Positions 9,175 through 14,197 of a stretch of 14,197 bases of DNA are shown in pieces; position 1 is the first letter of the stretch, and each line of letters opens with the position of its first letter. The notes beneath the pieces were generated by a model. It was not told where the DNA came from. It was given only the letters and a program-made list of their open reading frames with translations, and did no database searches. The position numbers and the translations under genes were made by a program. Source of the stretch: Fonticula alba ATCC 38817 (lineage: Eukaryota > Protista > Nucleariida); the NCBI GenBank assembly GCA_000388065.2, contig KB932204.1; one strand, 5' to 3'.

Positions 9175-9737
9175 TTACTTGACCAGCGCCAGCAGGGCCT
9201 GGCGGTAGTGCCCGGAGGTGTCCGAGTGGATGGCGCTGGCCAGGGACCGGTTGTACAGGGCCTGGTAGGCGGCCTTGATCTCGCCCATGTCGATCTCGCA
9301 GCGGGACACGACGATGCGGATGAGGGTGCGGTCGTTGGTGCCGATGCCCTTCATGGACTTGTGGAGCTGCTCGGCGAAGAAGGCCGCCCGGCTGCACACC
9401 GACCGGACGATGGTCAGCATGGCGCGGCGGATGTCGCCGCTGAACTCGCGCTCAATGGCCCGCTCAATGGTGGACCCCTTGGCCACGGTGGAGTAGTAGG
9501 CGAAGGTGGCGTGCAGCTGGGGGAAGGAGCGCTGGCAGAGGATCTTGTTGAACATCGACTCGTCGGTGCCCCAGCGCCCCTCGCCGGCGCGGTACAGCTC
9601 CATGGCATCGGAGTAGGCCAGGTGGAAGTCCGGCGAGTGGTTCTCCGAGCGGTTGCCCTGGACCAGGGACACCAGCAGGCGCTTGAAGGAGAAGCTGGTC
9701 TCGCTGGCGATGACGCGCTCGAGGTCCTTGTTGTACT
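9175..9737 (-). CDS. Annexin last exon (end of repeat II, repeats III-IV)
   Basis: CAG acceptor at 9740-9738, phase 1. The splice gives AYYR-K-YNKDLERVIASETS, matching the annexin consensus. Confidence 0.95.
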
Positions 9738-10803
9738 CTGTTGAGCAGGCGGGGCGGGGCGGGGCGGGGCGGCGAAACATCCGGGCGTCAGAGCGAGGCG
9801 GCAGGGAGGGGGAGGGGGAAAAAAAAAGCCCCGAAGGGGCAAGAGCAGGCAGGCGCGAAGACAGCAGCGAGCGGCCCATGGGCGGACGCACTGCGGTAGT
9901 AGGCGTCGCGGATCATGTGGATCTCCGGGTTGGAACGGGTGCACAGGATCTCGATGAGGCAGCTCTCATCGGTGCCGGCCCCGCGCATGGCCTTGTGCAG
10001 GCAGGCGGCGTCGTACTCGGCCAGGGAGCGGAAGCGCGCGCGGACGACCTTGCGGAAGTTGCCGGACAGCTCGGACTTCAGGTCCTTCATGAGGTCGCGG
10101 CCGAAGATGGTCTTGAAGGCCAGGGTGATCTGCTGGAGCTGCACCGTCGAGTGGGAGCTCATCACATGGATGACGGTCTTCTCATCGGTGCCGATGCCCT
10201 TCATGGCCCGGCGCAGGATCTCCGCCTGCTGGTTGGGGTTGAACTGCGGCGAGGGGTAGACGGTGGCCGTGCCGCCGATGACATACGGCACGTAGGACAC
10301 CAGGGTCGGGAAGCCGCCCACCTGCGAGGTGTGGGTCCCGAGCGGCATGCCCGGCGGGGCCGCGGCAATCGGCGCCGGCGCGTGGTGGATCACCTGCGCC
10401 GGGGGCGACGCCGGGTAGGCATTGTACCCGGGCGAGGCGCCGCCGCCCATGGACGGGTACAGGCTAGCGGTGGAGGGGGCCGAGGAGAGGGGGTACTATC
10501 GGGGCAAGTGGCCCGGCCAGCCGCAGGGGGGCGAGGGGGGGCGGGGGAGGGTTAGCATGGGCGCCAGCAGCAGCAGCAGCAGCAGCAGCAAGAAGAAGGC
10601 ACGGGGAGAAGTCGGAACACCGAGGCCAGGAGGAACACGCACAGGGCTCGGGGCCGAGGGGACCGGAGCGAAGCCCATCTGGCTGCCATGGTGCACGCCG
10701 GCGCCGAGGCCCGGGGCCGGGGGATAGCCCGGGGCCGGGGCACCGTAGCCGCCCGGGGCCGAGGGGTAGCCGCCGGGAGCCGGGGCACCGTAGCCGCCCG
10801 GGG
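9175..10803 (-). CDS. Annexin with long Pro/Gly/Tyr-rich N-terminus (ANXA7/ANXA11-like), 5'-partial; complement(join(9175..9737,9892..10495,10643..>10803)), 441 aa visible
   Basis: Four annexin repeats with endonexin loops MKGIGTDE, MRGAGTDE, GEGRWGTDE and MKGIGTND, each with a downstream acidic cap (SELSG, SETS, REFSG, SDTSG). GTATVYPSPQFNPNQQAEILRRAMKG resembles the ANXA7/11 tail-core junction. PGGY repeats run into the gap at 10804. TAA stop at 9177-9175. Confidence 0.95.
9738..9891 (-). other. Annexin intron (154 nt, phase 1)
   Basis: GTGCGT donor, CTGAC branch candidate at 9791-9787, CAG acceptor. Confidence 0.93.
9892..10495 (-). CDS. Annexin internal exon (end of N-terminal tail, repeat I, most of repeat II)
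   Basis: TAG acceptor at 10498-10496 is the first AG after the branch CTAAC at 10555-10551, phase 0. Donor A|GTGCGT at 9891. Confidence 0.9.
10496..10642 (-). other. Annexin intron (147 nt, phase 0)
   Basis: GTGCGT donor, (CTG)8, TGCTAAC branch, C-rich tract, TAG acceptor that would be an in-frame stop if the intron were retained. Confidence 0.85.
10565..10588 (+). repeat. (CAG)8, i.e. (CTG)8 within the annexin intron
   Basis: Read directly. Confidence 0.9.
10643..10803 (-). CDS. Annexin upstream exon, 5'-truncated by gap (PGGY repeats)
   Basis: Translates PGGYGAPAPGGYPSAPGGYGAPAPGYPPAPGLGAGVHHGSQMGFAPVPSAPSP. Ends at a GTGCGT donor (10642), phase 0, in frame with the next exon. Confidence 0.8.
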
Positions 10804-12418
10804 NNNNNNNNNNNNNNNNNNNNNNNNNNNNNNNNNNNNNNNNNNNNNNNNNNNNNNNNNNNNNNNNNNNNNNNNNNNNNNNNNNNNNNNNNNNNNNNNN
10901 NNNNNNNNNNNNNNNNNNNNNNNNNNNNNNNNNNNNNNNNNNNNNNNNNNNNNNNNNNNNNNNNNNNNNNNNNNNNNNNNNNNNNNNNNNNNNNNNNNNN
11001 NNNNNNNNNNNNNNNNNNNNNNNNNNNNNNNNNNNNNNNNNNNNNNNNNNNNNNNNNNNNNNNNNNNNNNNNNNNNNNNNNNNNNNNNNNNNNNNNNNNN
11101 NNNNNNNNNNNNNNNNNNNNNNNNNNNNNNNNNNNNNNNNNNNNNNNNNNNNNNNNNNNNNNNNNNNNNNNNNNNNNNNNNNNNNNNNNNNNNNNNNNNN
11201 NNNNNNNNNNNNNNNNNNNNNNNNNNNNNNNNNNNNNNNNNNNNNNNNNNNNNNNNNNNNNNNNNNNNNNNNNNNNNNNNNNNNNNNNNNNNNNNNNNNN
11301 NNNNNNNNNNNNNNNNNNNNNNNNNNNNNNNNNNNNNNNNNNNNNNNNNNNNNNNNNNNNNNNNNNNNNNNNNNNNNNNNNNNNNNNNNNNNNNNNNNNN
11401 NNNNNNNNNNNNNNNNNNNNNNNNNNNNNNNNNNNNNNNNNNNNNNNNNNNNNNNNNNNNNNNNNNNNNNNNNNNNNNNNNNNNNNNNNNNNNNNNNNNN
11501 NNNNNNNNNNNNNNNNNNNNNNNNNNNNNNNNNNNNNNNNNNNNNNNNNNNNNNNNNNNNNNNNNNNNNNNNNNNNNNNNNNNNNNNNNNNNNNNNNNNN
11601 NNNNNNNNNNNNNNNNNNNNNNNNNNNNNNNNNNNNNNNNNNNNNNNNNNNNNNNNNNNNNNNNNNNNGCCCCCGCCCCCGCCCCCCGGGGGGCGGGGGG
11701 GGGAAACGGCCACTGACAGGGGCCCGGAGGCCAACAGCCAGTGGGCTCCGGCGCAGGCGCGCTCGCCCAGGCCATTGGCATCTCTCGCGCGGGCGCGCAA
11801 ACGCGCGAACACGCGCTCCGCGGAAGAGGCCCCTGCTTGGTTGTCAGCCGCTGCCGCCGCGGCGGCCGCAGCCCTGCCGGCCGGTCTCCATAGGCCCGCC
11901 GCGGCGTGTGCCTCCGCCTCCCCGCGGCCGTTTGTCGTCCCCTTTCCTGGCCCTCCCCGGGGGATGGATGCCACACGCACGCACGCACCCCCAAACACAC
12001 ACGCACACGCAGGCACACAAGCGCAAACACGCGCATGCCGACCCTGGGGCGGGGGAACGGTGCCGCCCAATCTACACCATCAGATCTGCGCGGGGGGCGG
12101 GCGCACCTCTCGGATCGGGCCAGACCAAGGCCCAGGGAGCACACCATCCGGCGGAAGTCGCGGGGGAAATGCCGCCGGAAAACGCCCACACACATTCCCC
12201 TGCCATCTCCCCGGCCGCCGGTTGTCCGCCCCCCCCACCCCCGGGGCGCGGGCAGGATGAGGGGCACCGAGCGGATGAGGAGACACGGCCGCGAGGGGAG
12301 AAGACGCCGGAGGGGCCTTTTCTTCTTTTCCATTTTCCCGGCCAACGCATGAACACCGTGCCACGTCCACCGCGCCGGGTGTCTGTGTGTCTGTGTCCCA
12401 ATCCGGTAAGGGCCACAG

Positions 12419-12440
12419 ACACACACACACACACACACAC
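12419..12440 (+). repeat. (AC)11 microsatellite
   Basis: Read directly. Confidence 0.9.
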
Positions 12441-14197
12441 GGCCCGCCAGCCAGCCCGCCCGGGGCCGCACACCGCGGGGGCCAGGGAAAAGCAGGGGCA
12501 GCCACGGAACCCACTTTGCCCCGCGACCATGTGCCCCCCCCCCCGTCCCGTCCCGTGTCTACGAGGAGGACAATGCGTCAGCCCGGAGGGCTATTTTCTT
12601 GTGAATAAAAACCCCGCCAAAAAGCCTCCTTCACCGGGCCTCCCCTGGGGGGGGGGGGGGGGCGGACCAGGCGGCCCGCCTGCCTCAGCTGCGTAGGCGC
12701 TCCCTGCAAGACGACGTTTCGAGTGGGCGCCTAAATTGCACCCACAGGGGCCCCCGCTCCCGCCCTGCCCTCCCAGAACACCCCGCCCACGCTTATGCCC
12801 TCCCTGCTGCATGCTTACCGCCGGCCGTCCCCGGGCCATGCGCCCGTGGCCGACAGCCTGGCCACCCCGAATGTGTACCATTCGGGCAACTGTGCGCGCC
12901 GCGGGCGCCGGCCGCCCGCCCGCAGCCGGGTCCCACCCCCCGTCGCGCCGCGTGCCGTGGGGACCGGAGGCGGGGGGGGGGGGGGGGGAGGGGCGCACGC
13001 ACGCACACATACGGGCGTAGGGGCGCGCCGGCCGAGACGTTCTTCTTACCGCCCCCAGGCCCCGAACATGTTCCCAGAGCGCTCTTTGCCCTTTTCAATG
13101 CGACCATGGAGCTCGGACACTTCTTTGCGTCTGCCCGCCCCCGCTCTCCCACGACTACCCCCTACCCCCTTCCGGATGCTGGACTTGCCCTGGGGTGCTT
13201 GCCGACAATGCACTCCAGCATGGGCGTTCTGCCGCGAGGGCCGAATCACGCGATGGGATATCATGCACGCCGCCAGATCAGCCGACCTGCTGCCGATCCG
13301 CCTTGTCATGGTTCACTCCCACGGAGGGACCGACCCCGGCGAGCGCCGGCGCGCGCCCGGGGACGAGGGAGCGGCGGAGATGTGCCGGCGCCCGACCCGC
13401 CCCCGGCGACGAGAGGGCGAGGGAGGGGGCAACGCATGTCGGTTGGTAGTTCTCCTCCTCGCCATGAGAAGAGATCCCGGCCCCCGGTCCGGGGGCCAGG
13501 CGACCGTTGCTCCACCCTCTCCCTCTCCTCCTCCCCTCTCCCCTCTCCCCTGTCCCCTGTCCCTCGCCCGCCCTCCGTCTCTTCCCTCGCCGCCTGCGCG
13601 CCACGCCCGCCTCGCTGCAGATCCCTCCACCCCCTCACCTGCCTTGTCCGCCGCGCTGTGGCTAGATCGCTCGGCCTCCAGCCCCTGCCCGCGGTTCCCT
13701 CCTCCTCCCCCCCCCCCACCCACGGCCGCCGGGACCGCGAGTGGGGAGGNNNNNNNNNNGGCGCGCCGCCACTCCCGCACCCGTCCGGCGGAGGGGGGGG
13801 GGAAGGAGTCGCATCACCTGAGGAGACCGCCGGCGCCCGGGTGCGGAACAAGGTCGGCCGGTGGAGGACTGGACGTGCCTCGTGCGGCTCAAATGACCGT
13901 GCCAGCGGGCGGGGCGGAAGGGTGAAAACCGCCGAAGGAGGGCCGACGCGGCCTAACCTTGCGACTTCTGGGCCCGCCACCCTCCCTCCTCGGCTACGTG
14001 GCCAGTCCCTCAGGGGGAGACGCGGGGGGGGGACTGGGGCAGGGAATCTCCCCGGCGCCCGGCGGAAGGGCGCTCTCCTTCCAGATGAGGAAAAAGCGTG
14101 GTCCCGGGGGCTGGAATGCTGCCGGGGCCAACACCACGCGCGCGCGCGTGCGCATGCGCCACACCGCCCGTCCTAACAGCGCGCAGGCCGCCCCCCC

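Noticed and set aside
5300-9397. 1365-aa minus-strand ORF (also 3851..5254 and 1463..3148)
   Set aside because: Antisense shadows of a GC3-rich gene, which depletes stop codons on the opposite strand. The products are Arg/Gly/Ala-rich without motifs, and two of the three cross N-gaps.
10448-10450. Met at 10450 as annexin start
   Set aside because: An in-phase intron with good branch, donor and acceptor links it to upstream PGGY-coding sequence, so the gene starts further 5'.
11669-12471. Minus-strand ORFs 10496..12070 and 10552..12471 as the annexin N-terminus
   Set aside because: They are open only because they run through 865 Ns of uncertain length. The translated flank is microsatellite-derived (CVCV) and lacks PGGY character.
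12604-12609. AATAAA in a short AT-rich patch
   Set aside because: No supported + strand gene ends upstream of it; a single hexamer cannot be called a polyA signal or promoter.

Overview
GC-rich eukaryotic genomic DNA from a draft assembly: spliceosomal introns, microsatellites and five N-gaps at 732-1116, 2962-2971, 8785-8839, 10804-11668 and 13750-13759. It holds two convergent, intron-containing genes. (1) + strand: a P5B-type P-ATPase of the ATP13A2-5/Ypk9 polyamine-transporter family, join(1277..2456,3100..3698,3935..8494), 6339 nt = 2112 aa. It is swollen by low-complexity insertions and has substitutions at several polyamine-pocket positions. (2) - strand: an annexin of the ANXA7/A11 type with a long PGGY-repeat N-terminal tail, complement(join(9175..9737,9892..10495,10643..>10803)); its 5' end is lost in the 865-N gap. 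All four modelled introns close in frame with GT..AG ends and use GTGCGY donors. The composition resembles a GC-rich unicellular opisthokont such as Fonticula; that is an impression only and was not checked. No RNA genes, CRISPR arrays or mobile elements are supportable, and most other ORFs in the track are GC-rich shadow or gap-spanning ORFs.
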